From Octopus sinensis (Eukaryota), in assembly GCF_006345805.1 (NCBI RefSeq), contig NC_043003.1, forward strand, positions 97,402,001-97,466,000: 64,000 nt of DNA, given 5' to 3'. A program made the position numbers and the translations under genes. This document shows positions 1-60,364 of this stretch, piece by piece (position 1 is the stretch's first letter; the number at the start of each line of letters is the position of its first letter). The notes beneath the pieces are model-generated. The model worked only from the letters and a program-made list of their open reading frames with translations. It did no database searches and had not been told where the DNA came from.

Positions 1-224
1 AACAAAACAAAACACGAAAAGGACGCATGAAGCAGAAAAAAAAACAGGATTGCCGACCCCACGAGCCCTGTTTTTCCCACTGAAATCTTGGTAGCTGACT
101 TATGGCGTGTTCATGCAGTGACTTTCACTCCCAGCAATCGTGCAACACGCTTCCATCTTTTAGACCACTTTCTAATATGGTATATTGAAAGCATTTTGAT
201 TTATATAGGCTCATCACTATAATC

Positions 225-360
225 TATAGTGATTGGTTAATGTACCTATCATGTGAGTGTTGAACCCTGCGTTGTGATTGGTTGAGTGTTGCGCCGGAAA
301 TCAATCGAAGGTTCAACAACTGGTGTCAGATACGGAAAGAGTACGGTTATCGATTGAGTC
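225..360 (+). promoter_or_regulatory. Putative promoter region
   Basis: Two GATTGGTT (inverted CCAAT) boxes near 231 and 276, CCGGAA (ETS-like) near 294, ATCGAT (DRE-like) near 349, locally CpG-rich. Motif-only evidence. Confidence 0.3.
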
Positions 361-1450
361 TATCATAAAGATTGTGCCGCCTCCCTCCTTTAACAAGGAA
401 AAGGAGGCGTCATTCTTCTGCGTAGTAGCCATAGTGAAAGAGACAGTATGGGTAACGCGTGGAAGGGAAATTAAGACAGGCAACTTTATCTCCGAACACG
501 GGTTGGTTAGTTTTTTAACTACCACCTGTCCAGGAAGATCAGTCAAGAGAAGAGGTGCCTGCTTCAAAGAACGTTTGAAGAAAGATGGACAAAGGTCGTA
601 AGGAAGTTGAGAGTGAATAAGGGCGCGCTAGTGTAGCTGGTCTGAACGGAAAAGAAGGAAAAAACGGAAGAAAAAGCAAAAAAATTAATATAAGAGTAAA
701 AAAAAAGGGAAAAAACAGGCGGGTCGAGCACAAACCCAGAAAAATATATCATCATTTAATTTCTAATTCATTTCGCTAAACATTTCGCCCGGCTTGCTAA
801 CGATTCTGTCTGCTCGCCACCTTTAATTTGCGTGATATTGATGTTTCAAACATAGATCTGAAAAAAGTGAAATATGCTAAAGTCATGAAAATTAGAGGTC
901 ATAACCGAGAGAAGAGATTGGTCTGAAAAGGCTCCTAAAAATGTTATTTTCTAAATTCTATTAGCGTTATCGTAATCTACGCCCTTGAACACTTCTCTCT
1001 GTAAAATTCCATCGAAAACTATACATTTTCCATAAGTTGTGAGGAAAGAAATTCGGAAGGTGGGTGGCAAGAAACCGGAATTATGTCTTAACACAATTTG
1101 ACAACTTCGTTTTCACCTAAATAAATCTACTGCAACGACGTGGTTTTTGTCATTTCTGTTTGCCTATCAATCTTGCCGGAATTTATTATCCTTCGATAGT
1201 CACGTAAAACGCATTGACATCATAGGGCAACAACTTCGGCACGGTTAGTTGTTTGAAAGAAAACTACACAAACATGGCTACCTATGCTTTTATTGTTATT
1301 ACTACAACTGCTACTATTGTTTCTAAACGGTGGCTTTTAACGGGTGGAGAGCTGAACCATCCTGGGGGTACAGAGGATTCGCAATTTAGACTAGGGTCTG
1401 AAAGTTTACCACACCATAGTGGGTTACACCATGGTTACTCTGCTTTGTGG

Positions 1451-1643
1451 CAGAAGTAGGAAGAAAGAGTGAGAGAAAGTTGTGGTGAAAGAGTACAGCG
1501 GGGTTCACCCCACCCCCCACTGGAGCCTCGTGGAGCTTAGGTGTTTTTGCTCAATAAACACTCACAATGCCCGGTCAGGGAATCGAAACCGCGTTCTTAC
1601 GACCGCGAGTCCGCTGCCCTAATCACTGGGCCATTGCGCCTCT
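1451..1643 (-). mobile_element. tRNA-derived SINE, family A
   Basis: Reverse complement of GGAGGCGCAATGGCCCAGTG…GGTTTCGATTCC (A and B boxes); homologous to 36958-37343 and 52775-53076. Confidence 0.85.
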
Positions 1644-1644
1644 A

Positions 1645-1810
1645 CATTGCTGTTGCTGCATACTGTTTCTACTATTACTGCAGTTCTACTGCTTATACTG
1701 CTGCAGCTATTGCTGCTACAACTGTTGCCAGTACTGCTTCTTCTGCTGCTACCACTGCATAGTAACCACTGTATTACTACTGCTGCTGCTGCGGCTCCTA
1801 CTGCTGCTAA
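1645..1810. repeat. Degenerate (CTG/CTA)n trinucleotide repeat
   Basis: Direct reading. Confidence 0.85.
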
Positions 1811-1949
1811 AACAAAGTAAGACGACACGTCAACCCAGCAGTCCTTAAAACCCTATGTATTATTATTCTGACACTAACATAATGTAGTCACCCTTTATAT
1901 CATTTAGTAGTTTTCTTTCTTTTCTTTTTTTTATCTGATGGTAGTTACA

Positions 1950-3400
1950 TGACCCCACTGTCTGAGCCTTGGATACCTTTAATATAGTTTACTTTGTTGC
2001 AAGCATACAATCCAAGGCCGCGGCTGTGGTTTTCTGATCTTTCAATGCACCATCACCTTCTTCAAAATGCCAAACGCCAGAAGTAAACCCTTTGGGTAAT
2101 TTTCCCTCCCCTACTTTTATTAAGTTCCCATTCATTATCTCCTATTCAAACGCTGATATATCCTACTTTTGTCAGAGACACAAATCACTCAACCATTATT
2201 TCCAATCTACCTCATCTGTCCAGACTACACTCTCTATTCTAACTTCACCATGAAAGGTAAGGTCTGCGCTTATGTAGACTACACTCCCTATTATTCACCT
2301 CCGTCACCTGGATATCGCAGCAACAATAATTTCTAGCTGCTCCGGCTCAAAGTCTCCCTCCCCTCACTCCTCAAATACAACTACCACCTCTGTCGGTCTC
2401 CCAATTCCTCGGGTACCTACATTTCTTCAACCTTATCTCCATCTCTCTCCGAAGTCATCCTTGTCAGTGATGCATTCGCAACTCTTCGTGGCTCTTTCGG
2501 TTTTCCCCACACCAAAGACCGATTTTCTTTGTTTTTCCAGCCTTCAGCTCTCTTTATCGACTTGTCTTATCCCCTACAATCACCCCGGATTAACACACAG
2601 ATACTCCCAAAATCCCTGCACTTTCACATACTCCACAACACTCCATATGCCCCGCACCCTTTAGCATTTGAAGTCAGTCAAATGGTCAGAGCTCCGCCAC
2701 TTCTGAGCCAACTACACCTGCCCGTTTCTGTACTTCACTTCTAACATCAGAAGCATTATGTTACCTCATATCCCGCGCACATTCAATGCCCCTGGTGGTT
2801 CACACGTAGTCTCTCATACGCATATACGCACTCTCTCTCTCTCCCTCTCCCTCCCTCTCCCTCCTTCTCCCTCTCTCCTTCTCTCTCTCTCTCTCCTACT
2901 CTCTCTTCTTAATGACCACCTATACGGTTTCTTCAAAATCAGATCCACTGGTGACTAATTCTCGCCAGTTACCAGTGAGCTATTGTCTTGGTGGAATTTA
3001 GAGAAAGTAATGTCGTCACTTTCGACATCATCAAAGATTTTAAAGTGTAACTTATATGTGAATCTCCTATTCAAACCTCCCACTTATGGACTCCATCCGT
3101 ATTTCACTTCCTGGATCGATAGCTTCCTGTCAAATCGCACAATTACTGCGGGAGTTGACGGAACTCTTTCTGTCCCTCATACGATCGCATCCGGGGTACC
3201 CCAGGGTTCACTTGTGATCCCCACTCCCATTCTGCTGAACATCAATGACTTATTTACCGCTATGTGCAATAACATACATACTCTTACGCAAATTACACTG
3301 CCCTCCGTTCCTCCCTAACATTCTCCAGCCATGTTTAAGACATTCGCATTCTAGATAGCACACGCCAAACACACACTGGACACACGAACAAGACTCAAAT
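1950..3400 (+). mobile_element. Degenerate CR1/Jockey-type LINE (endonuclease and RT relic)
   Basis: ORF 2983-3318 reads SWIDSFLSNRT…SGVPQGSLVIP…NINDL (RT motif of CR1/Jockey clades); upstream pyrimidine-rich part has remnants like LVLSPTITPD; many frameshifts. Boundaries approximate. Confidence 0.7.
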
Positions 3401-3679
3401 ATATTCTCCAGCGAAGATGTGCCGATCTTGTCTTTTTTAACATCAAGAAAGTACAAAAGTTATTCACATAAATAAAAGGTCATTGCATCACACACACCTT
3501 AGTCATGAGCGGAGTCATCGTATTCGCTGCAATGGTTGGGTCTCACTGTCACCGAGAATCTACCCTGGCGAAAGTACGTCCTTAACATTTGATCACAACC
3601 CGACAACTGGCCCTTTTCTTCGGAATCAGATTATACTTCAGTCCCAACGATTATTTACTCTCTACAATGCTCATGACGT

Positions 3680-3930
3680 GGAGGCGCGTGGCTTAGTGGT
3701 TAGGATGTCAGCATCATGATCGTAAAATTGTGGTTTCGATTCCTGGACCGAGCAACGCATTGTGCTCTTGAGCAAAACACTTCATTTCACGTTGCTCCAG
3801 TCCACTCAGCTGGCAAAAATGAGTAACGCTGCGATGGACTGGCGTCCCGTCCAGCTGGGGAACATATACGCCATTGTAACCGGGAAACCGAACCCATGAT
3901 CCTGGCTAGGCTTTAAAAGGGCGCATTTAT
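3680..3930 (+). mobile_element. tRNA-derived SINE, family B
   Basis: GGAGGCGCGTGGCTTAGTGGTTAGG…GGTTTCGATTCC head; homologous to 13005, 34070, 38098. Confidence 0.85.
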
Positions 3931-4267
3931 TTTTTGGCTCATGATAGGCTTGCAGTATAGTTTTGCTCCCACGTTTGGGACAGTACGGCTGCTATACAAA
4001 GAGACATCCTGGACTGCGTCTAGAAAAAGGCCAGTTAACTAATTAGTATAAAGTCACTTACAGACAACCGATGTCAGTGTGCTTATGTTCCTGTGGCATA
4101 GCGGTTCGGCAAAAGCGATGGCGGGAATAAGTACCAAGCTTTAAAAACAAAATAAGTTCTGGAGTTGATACATTCGACTAAAAATTCTTCAAGGCGGTGC
4201 CCCAGATTGGCCGCAGTCTAGTGAGTGAAACAAGCAAAAGACAAGATATGTATTTGTGCATATGTAT

Positions 4268-4476
4268 TCTTTTAGTCTTTTATTTGTTTCAGTCATTTGA
4301 CTCCGGCCATGCTGGAGCACCGCCGTTAGTCGAACAAATCGACCCCAGGACTTATTCTTTGTAAGACTAGTACTTATTCAATCGGTCTCTTTTGCTGAAC
4401 CGCTAAGTGATGAGGGCGTAAAAACACACCAACATCGGTTGTCAAGCGATGGGGGGGGGGACAAACACACACATAC

Positions 4477-4511
<35 letters not shown>

Positions 4512-5250
4512 AATCTCAAATTTTATTTAATTTGCTTTTTGCGGGAAGGAGTGTTTCAAGAAAGTTGTGTCTCGCTTTGACCTTCGAAACGCGGAGTAGA
4601 TGAAACAGAGGCGACTGAAGAATGGGAATTTTCCTTGTGTTGTATGTCTTGTACTCTATTTTTTCGTTGTTTAAGAAAAATGTCCATTTCTTTGGTTTTG
4701 TGTTTGTTTTCGTTTCTCATTGTGTTCGACGTTTTTTTGGCGTCCTGTACCCATATATGCATGTATATATGCATGTAGATGTAGGTACGTACATATATGT
4801 ATGTATATATATGCATATGTTTTATTTATTGATTTGTCATTATATTTATATATATATATACATTGGTAAAACGGTAAGATAACAAAAGAAAGAAAGAGAC
4901 CTCAATATTATGTAAATAGAGGAAATTTATCTATAAAATAATATGTTACATTACTCGATAGTCAAGATAAAACTCTTCGCGAAGAGATGACGTTGTGGAT
5001 TCCCACTTCGGCATCTGAAACTCAGAGTTTTATCTTGACTATCGAGTAATGTAACATTATTTTATAGATATATATATACATATACATATATACGACAGGC
5101 TCCTTTCAGTTTCCGTCTACCAAATTACTCACAAGGCTTTGGTCGGCCCGAGGCTAAAGTAGAAGACACTTGCCCAAGGTGCCACGCAGTGGAACTGAAC
5201 CCGGAACCATGTGATTGGGAAGCAAGCTTCTTACTACACAGCCGCTCTTG
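4268..5250 (-). mobile_element. SINE family C split by an insertion in its internal (TA)n (parts 4268-4470 and 5092-5250)
   Basis: Both halves match the intact copies at 25480-25925 and 59233-59637 and are colinear. Confidence 0.85.
4510..5070 (+). mobile_element. Penelope-like non-autonomous element with terminal fold-back
   Basis: 4510-4870 is the reverse-complement homolog of 27860-28170; followed by inverted repeat 4928-4976/5024-5070; flanked by (TA)n. Penelope assignment is inference. Confidence 0.55.
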
Positions 5251-5854
5251 CGCAGACATGTGTGTGTGGGGGGGTGGATTGGTGGGTGTGCGTGTGTGCG
5301 TGTATGTGTATACATTATATATATATATATATAACGCACACAGCATCCCAGACGCATAAACAACTGCGGATACTCATCCCTGCTTCTTGCTTTCTACTCG
5401 CATGATATAAAACACAACACCCATCCCCTACGTGGGAAACTTAAAACATCGCACGAACACAGCAAGCTACTTATTATTGTGTAGTTAAGGCTCACATTCT
5501 TTTTGCCATTAAAAAAGGGTTGACATAACCATTGAGTTAATGTTTTTGTTTTGTTTTGTTTTGTTTTCTCTACTTTGCCTTCTGACTACAAAAGCAACAA
5601 TTGTTCACCAGTGAACGAGTCAAAGAAAAAAGCATCTGTGTTTACTAGTAATAGCAACCTAATTCCTTCTATCACATCAAAGCGAATTTTTTTTTTTCTT
5701 GAAAAAAAAAATGACAAATTGGATGTAAACTTTGATTTATCAAGTGACAAAAACAACACAACCAGAACATTTTTGACCAGTTCTACTGGGTCAAGACTGA
5801 CCTAAGACTACACAGCAACATCAGCATCAACAACCAATTAAAAAAAAAAAAACT

Positions 5855-6190
5855 GCGTGGCATCTTGGGCAAGTGTCTTCTGCTATAGCCCAGGGCCGAC
5901 CAATGCCTTGTGAGTGGATTTGGTAGACGGAAACTGAAAGAAGCTTGTCGTATATATATATATAAGTGTGTGTGTGTATGTTTGTGTGTCTGTGTTTGTC
6001 CCCCTAGCATTGCTTGACAACCGATGCTGGTGTGTTTACATCCCCGTCACTTATCTGTTCGGCAAAAGAGACCGATAGAATAAGTACTGGGCTTACAAAG
6101 AATAAGTCCTGGAGTCGATTTGCTCGACTAAAGGCGGTGCTCCAGCATGGCCACAGTCAAATGACTGAAACAAGTAAAAGAGTAAAAAAG
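5855..6190 (+). mobile_element. SINE family C (5'-truncated)
   Basis: CTTGGGCAAGTGTCTTC…GGAAACTGAAAGAAG…(TA/TG)n…GACTGAAACAAGTAAAAGAG. Confidence 0.85.
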
Positions 6191-6355
6191 TAACTCTTTT
6201 TTTTTCTTGACTCAACTCTATATTATTCAAACAATTTTTAACTAACCAAGTAGTCTGAAATTTTGAAAGTAGATGATACAAGAAGCTCATCGTCTGGACG
6301 AATGCGGAATCCTCTACGTGGTTGCTCAGTCTTGTTTAAAATAGTACCGTGAATG

Positions 6356-6540
6356 CAGTGATCCCTCGACTATCGCGGGTGTTGCGTTCCAAAAGCCCCG
6401 CGATAGGTGAAAATCCGCTAAGTAGAAACAGTACTGTACTGTAATATTTTTTTTTATACTTTGTATATATTTATTTTATTATAAATGCAAAACACCACCA
6501 CGGAGGAATCGACGTAAGCTTAAATAATAAACCGCGATAT
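6356..6540 (+). mobile_element. Tigger/pogo-type transposon end (single terminus)
   Basis: CAGTGATCCCTCGACTATCGCGGGTGTTGCGTTCC…CCCCGCGATAGGTGAA resembles Tigger-type termini from memory; no partner TIR found. Confidence 0.45.
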
Positions 6541-7282
6541 GGTAAGAGTTGCTGTACTCGGATTCTCGATGCGCTCTTGAGAAAAAGTAGCATGCGGTCA
6601 CACAGTCCCGAAAGCCGTTGATGGATCAGGTCTGCTGGATCAGAGCTAACCTGCAGTTATACAGCACACAGAGACCATCGATATCGCGGCCGTAGTCGTT
6701 TTCATTTTGTCGTCATCATCATCATCTTCATGATCATCATTATCATCATCACTCACCATCATCATTATCATCATCATCAAGACGGAAAACTATATCTCCG
6801 TCGCGACTGTCGCTGTTACATACTACTACTACTACTACTACTACTACTGAGACTTCGTGCTTCGGACACTGATCGCTCTAAGTGATAGCTGTGATAATAA
6901 CAGCAGAAATACTTCGGTTCAGTTCAGTATTAAATGTTAGCAACGACAGCGATCGCAGTTACAGCAGTAAAGTTAGCGGTTTGTTATATCATCAAACTCC
7001 GTCAACACCATCGATTCCTGTGGCAATAAAAGAAAAAAAACACATCATCACCACCACACCATCACCATCGCCACCACCACCACTACCAACAACACCAACA
7101 ACAATAACAGCAACAACAAACATTCCAGCAATTTATCTGTAGTTAGCATCAGTGGCAGTTTTACACAGCAAGCCTGCTACCATCATCGTCACTAGAGCAG
7201 CATTAGCGCTGGTATTTATTTCGTTTACTTCATTCATTGTATTGCTGTTGTAACGGACCAGACGAGGTGGGGGTCTAGCGAA

Positions 7283-54481
<47,199 letters not shown>

Positions 54482-56164
54482 GACATTATATCAGTGGAAG
54501 AATTACATATGTGAAGACAGCACCCACACTCTGTCTATGATTTAAAATCATGGGGCACATCGTACCAACTAAAGTTTTATATATATGCATACATACATGT
54601 ATGTGTGTGTACATATATATGTATGTATGCTTATGTGTGTTTGTGTGTGTGTGTGTGTATATATATATACATATATAATATGGGTGGCTTGTTAGTAATT
54701 TTTCAACCAAAAGGCTAAAATATATATGTCACTAAAGCAACTGAGAGTGCTATTCAGCACTATTATTGCTAGATATAAGAGTCAAAAACAACTCATAATC
54801 ACAATAACGCACTATCTTATATATATTGACAAAGCCAACATATATATATTGACTTTTAAGTTTCTCTCTATGGATTTCCTATAGAATTCAGAGACAGGTC
54901 TGTAAGTTGTTAAGCTTTGTATATGAATACATCTTTGTTTACATAGATGTATTTCTATATGAAATATCATAATTTGCAGTGCAGTGTAGGTGCTGAGTTC
55001 TATCAGAAATCTATAAGCTCAAAAGTGAGTATACTGCACTGCTAACACAAGATGAGACACAATATTGACTTGTAAAAATTTTAATATACTTGATAGTATG
55101 TTTTGGTTGCAAAACAAAACACTGTGACCTTGCCAGCTTTAAATATATATATATATATATTGATAATGATAGAAAGAAAAATTAGTTAGAAGTAATGGAG
55201 ACATCATTTCTTTATTTATTTATATACAGATATAAAAAGTCTTTGAATTTTGCTAAGGAAATGAAATAAAATACTGATTGACTTTCCAGGGCTAAACAAC
55301 ACAAAAACAATGTGACCCTTAGGAAAATTCAAAGACCTGAAAATTCAAAGACCTGAAAATTCAAAGGCCTAGCTGTAAATAGAAAAAGAAAGAAAAGATG
55401 CCTCCAATACAGCTAATGTTTCTTTACGTCATTATTAATATAATTATCCTGTTCATTACCATTACCTTTTATTTGTACATATACACATATTCTTAATAAC
55501 CTGCTGTTATAGCTCAATACATATATGCTTTAGAATAAAGTGTGAGACAAACACAGAATATAATATGAAATTAATGGAATGACAAGGGAACAGGGATTAC
55601 ATACTCAACTTCATTAGCTTTTCATCATTCACATCTCTATCTGGCCTATCCCATGACCCATACACCTCTTGCCATGACTCTCTAAGGACTCCTTACCACA
55701 CTGTCTATTTCTCTCTTCCAGTCCCCTTTCCCTTACATTTTTTCCGTCCATGCTCACTGATATAATTCACTAATTTAAATTTTTCGCATACTTTTTTCTA
55801 GAAAGTTATTGACCGTCTTCCGTCCTTTTTTGATCGGTCGTGATTTTGCCTTGTTGGAATTCCAGCAAACTGCCTCACTTGACTAGCCTAATGTAAGTGA
55901 TGGTTTAGTCACCAATGACCTGACCATGTAACAAGTTGTACTAGATTATATGTCACTAACAGTACACATAAGAGACCTACATACATACCTACATACACAC
56001 ACACACACACATGTCACCTTCACTCATCACTCCTCTTTCTTATCACCCTTGTTGTGTCCTGCCCCACAGGCCCTACACTGATTATTATACCCAGAATATT
56101 GGCCTTTTGGAATTTCCTCCTTGCTCATATCTTTCCCCAAAGATGTTGCCTTAGAAAGGTTTAT

Positions 56165-56400
56165 ATGGCAGTGAGCTGGCAGAAACGTTAGCACACCGGG
56201 CGAAATGCATAGCCATATTTTGTCTGCCGTTACGTTCTGAGTTCAAATTCCACCGAGGTCGACTTTGCCTTTCATCCTTTCGGGGTCGATTAAATAAGTA
56301 CCAGTTACGCACTGGGGTCGATATAATCGACTTAATCCATTTGTCTGTCCTTGTTTGTCCTCTCTGTGTTTAGCCCCTTGTGGGTAGTAAAAAAAAATAG
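56165..56400 (+). mobile_element. SINE family D
   Basis: Match to D consensus. Confidence 0.9.
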
Positions 56401-56824
56401 GTTTAAGTGAAACATTAATCATATCAACAATCTAGTGGGGCCTGCAAGTGCTATGGGTACTACTCCCTTTCTTTAGATCCAGCAAATAAATATATGTAAA
56501 TGTAATACACCCATATTATATATATCAATACATCATTCTCTGATGTATATCCTATAGTTTAGCTTTCATGAGAGGTGTTGATTCCTAATGATGATTATTA
56601 GATTTGATTTAACATATCTGGCAATGGTTCATTATCAACTTAATATCTTCAACTATGTAAAGAAATTTATCATAGTTTTGAAATAACCAGGGCAACTTAG
56701 TTGTTTATGTAAAGTTAGTAATGGTTTTTTCATTTGATTTCCAATATTGGTGGAGACACAGCACCTATAGAAAAGGAAGAGAGAATCAGCAAATAATTGA
56801 AATTAGCAGTTGGATAGCATATAC

Positions 56825-56968
56825 TGGCATTAGGAAGGGCATCCAGCTGTAGAAAGTCTACCAGATCAGATTGGAGCCTGGTGCAGCCATCTGGTTTGCC
56901 AGACCTCAGTCAAATCGTCTAACCCATGCTAGCATGGAAAGCAGACGTTAAACGATGATGATGATAAT
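56825..56968 (+). mobile_element. RTE 3'-tail fragment
   Basis: TAGGAAGGGCATCCAGCTG…ACGTTAAAC(GAT)n. Confidence 0.85.
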
Positions 56969-57769
56969 CATTTTAAAATGTTTTTATGTAACTCTATAAA
57001 TTTTTATACATAAGTGATGTGTAGGGTTGAACGAATAGATTTGGGTGTTGATCTTTGATAATAGTAAATTTAATGCCAATATGGTAGTCTCTATATTTTC
57101 TAACTTTCTCCATTAAAAAAAAAAAACATAAAAATGAAATCAAAACAATTTTATCCATAGCTTCACAGCCAGTGATAGATGTTTCTTTCACATTTTGTGA
57201 TAGTTATAGGTTTGTTACCTATAGCACAGCACCTCCATCAGAATGTGGTTTCCCTAACTTTCTACACTCCAGATCATCTACATGCAACCATTTCATGACT
57301 CACCAAATCTGCACAGTCCCCATGAACAGAGACCTCAAAAATATCCTCTAGGAGGGTCATGCCTATCTTGTCTCTTTCAACAGCAAAAAAAAAACACAAT
57401 CATTACACATATCAATAAAACATTACCTTACTCACCCCTAAACATGAATCACACGTAACTAGAACCCACACAATTGCTTTAAATGGTAGACCCACCATCT
57501 CTAGAAATCTCTCCTGGTGATTACATATTTTCAATGTAGCCTTTCTCTTGTGAAACTACAATGGCGTGCAGTTACCACATCTGCTACACTTTCAGGCATC
57601 TTAGGATTTCAAGACTGTTGTCTTTAGGATTAATTTTATATGTCAAAAGACTTTCAGAAAAGCTTCCAAAAGAATAGTCAAGAAATTAGACTCAAAAGAC
57701 AACATTAATAACAGAGTACAAAATCTCAAAATCTGCCTTTTGGAAAGTGGCTTGCAAATATACACTTTT

Positions 57770-58148
57770 ACCCTTTTACTTGTTTCAGTCATGTGACTGT
57801 AGCCATGCTGGAGCACCGCCTTTAGTTGAGCACATCAACCCCAGGACTTATTCTTTGTAAGCCTAGTACTTATTATATCGGTCTCTTTTGCCGAACCGAT
57901 AAGTTACAGGGATGTAAACACACCAGCATTGGTTGTCAAGCAATGTTGGGACACACACACACATACATATAAATATACACATATACGATGGGCTTCTTTC
58001 AGTTTCCGTCTACCAAATCCACTGACAAGCCTTTGGTCGACCCAGGCTATAGTAGAAGACACTTGCCCAAGGAACGTAGTGGGACTGAACCCGGAACCAT
58101 GTGGTTGGTAAGCAATCTACTTACCACACAGCCACTCCTGTGCCTATA
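57770..58148 (-). mobile_element. SINE family C
   Basis: Reverse complement of the C consensus. Confidence 0.9.
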
Positions 58149-58499
58149 TGTAAAAAGTTGGTAGAAATTCAGTTCTGCATACAAAGACACACAAATGATA
58201 TTGGAGCATTCTGATGCTCTAGATGTAGAGGAGTCATGAACTGTTCAACAGGCCAGTATTCAGAGATTATAAACAATGGAATGGACCCATAGCCTACAAG
58301 CATGATCACCTAAAGACAACAGTGTTTTGGAAGCTAAAGCTAAACATTATGAAAAATATATCATTGCACTAAAAATTAAACCTTCAGCCATTCATCCTTA
58401 TGAAATTACAGCTCCCACTACAAGTGGATTTTGCAAAGACAATCAATAAATTTCAATATTGTTAATTGTATGCCACTTTATCAAGAACTAGATAGGGTG

Positions 58500-58690
58500 C
58501 TGCAGGTATACACTACACCTAATTTTCTCCACTCCATACACACGCAAGCATGTATCTGACTCATACACTGTTCGCTTCCCAGACATTTGTACATTACTGC
58601 ATATACTTTATACACACTTTTGACAAGTTGTGGTGCACCTGAGCACTGTATACAAAAATTTCATTATTATTATTATTATTATTATTATAG
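58500..58690 (+). mobile_element. CR1-type LINE 3' tail
   Basis: GTTGTGGTGCACCTGAGCACTGTA…(TTA)n. Confidence 0.78.
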
Positions 58691-59232
58691 TTACACCAGC
58701 AAAAAAGTCAGAAACATTGTATACACTAACGATTTAAAACTATTTTCCTCATTAAGATATTTAGTCCAGATAAACTTACAGCTGCATAGTATCCATTCTG
58801 CACTCCACTTTATTATACATCAGAAAATTAGCAACAGGCTTGCTAACTGACATTAACCTATGTTAATTAACTTTTACTCAATAAAACTTTCTAATTTTTT
58901 TTCGTCACCTTATTTACTTTCTTTTATACTTTTCCTTTTTCATATCACCAACATCAATAATAATAACTGCTGTGAATGGGGTTACCAGCAAACGAGTGAC
59001 TATACACTTGGTTTAACTGTACAGTGATGCTTTCATTGACTTACGAGAATACTTTTTTTTCTCTGCTATTTAGACATGTCATATATCTATGTATATCAAT
59101 ATCTTTTTCTCCCTTCTGGAAAATTGTCACACAAAATATGTGTATAATGAATATTCTGAAAGAGTATTTTTAATAAAAAAAATATTCACAATGGTATCTC
59201 TTTGTTATTGTTTATTGTAAGTTAATGAAAGG

Positions 59233-59637
59233 AGGAGGAGTGGCTGTGTGGTAAGTAGCTTGCTTACCAACCACATGGTTCTGGGTTCAGTCACACTGCG
59301 TGGCACCTTGGGCAAGTGTCTTCTACTATAGCCTCGGGGCCAACCAAAGCCTTGTGAGTGGATTTGGTAGACGGAAACTGAAAGAAGCCCGTCATATATA
59401 TGTATATATATATGTGTGTGTGTATATGTTTTTGTCTGTGTTTGTCCCCCCAACATCGCTTGACAACCGATGCTGGTGTGTTTACGTCCCTGTAACTTAG
59501 CAGTTCGGCAAAACAGACCGATAGAATAAGTACTAGGCTTACAAAGAATAAGTCCTGGGGTCGATTTCCTCGACTAAAGGCGGTGCTACAGCATAGCCAC
59601 AGTCACATGACTGAAACAAGTAAAAGAGTAAAAGAGT
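59233..59637 (+). mobile_element. SINE family C, full-length
   Basis: Match to C consensus. Confidence 0.92.
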
Positions 59638-60364
59638 AGTGGCCATGATTTTTTGCAGATTCTGTCAAACTAGTGATATTGGTGAGGTTGATGTTCATAT
59701 AGAATATCTACAGGAAAGATGTAGGAAATCCATAAAACGGCTGTTCTGGAGTGTAAGAATTGGGTAAAATGTTTAGTGTGTACATAACAGAGATTGAAGA
59801 AATGGGTGAATCTAGATATAAAGTTAGGTAATTCAGAGGAACTTAGGAGTCATTACAGTAATGAAAGCAGAACAAGTTTGTGAAACTTATTCATGATTAA
59901 ATATTTGCTAACCAAACTGCTGTCTTTTGGATATATCCTAAGATGATAATGAGTATGGCAGCATCTCTGTCCCGTAGATCTTAGCAATATTCTTATGTTG
60001 GTCTTACTATAAGCTTTGTAGAAATTTAGTGATTGAGACTGAAGTATTACCGGTCTCTAAAGAGGATTCTTAGTTATTCTCATGCAGTTTTAGAAATAGA
60101 GTGGTTGTATACTGTCAACATAACGTGACAGTCCCGTATGGGAATTACACCACTGCTGTTTAGCCCTAGGAAGCGTCTACGCTTCCTGTCGGCTTTGACA
60201 CATTTCCTGTGTCCTTATATTTGTGAAGGGGAGGCAAGCACCCCCACCAGCCAAGATTCACACCTGAGGACATGCATGTTTCTGGGTCTTAACCCGTCAT
60301 CAGCCCAGGATAGTGAGATCTGCTGACTGAGGTGCCTGTCTGGCCTTCACAAATATATATATTT

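Noticed and set aside
319-328. TGGTGTCAGA after CAACAAC, like a tRNA-Leu primer-binding site of an LTR element
   Set aside because: Only 10 nt match; no second LTR, gag/pol or polypurine tract found.
278-601. 107-aa ORF as a standalone gene
   Set aside because: Starts at TTG, has no in-frame ATG and no recognisable domain.
4555-4600. Hammerhead in the 4510/27860 family (…CTTCGAAACGCG)
   Set aside because: The GAAAC half is present but no CUGANGA half is recognisable in either copy.
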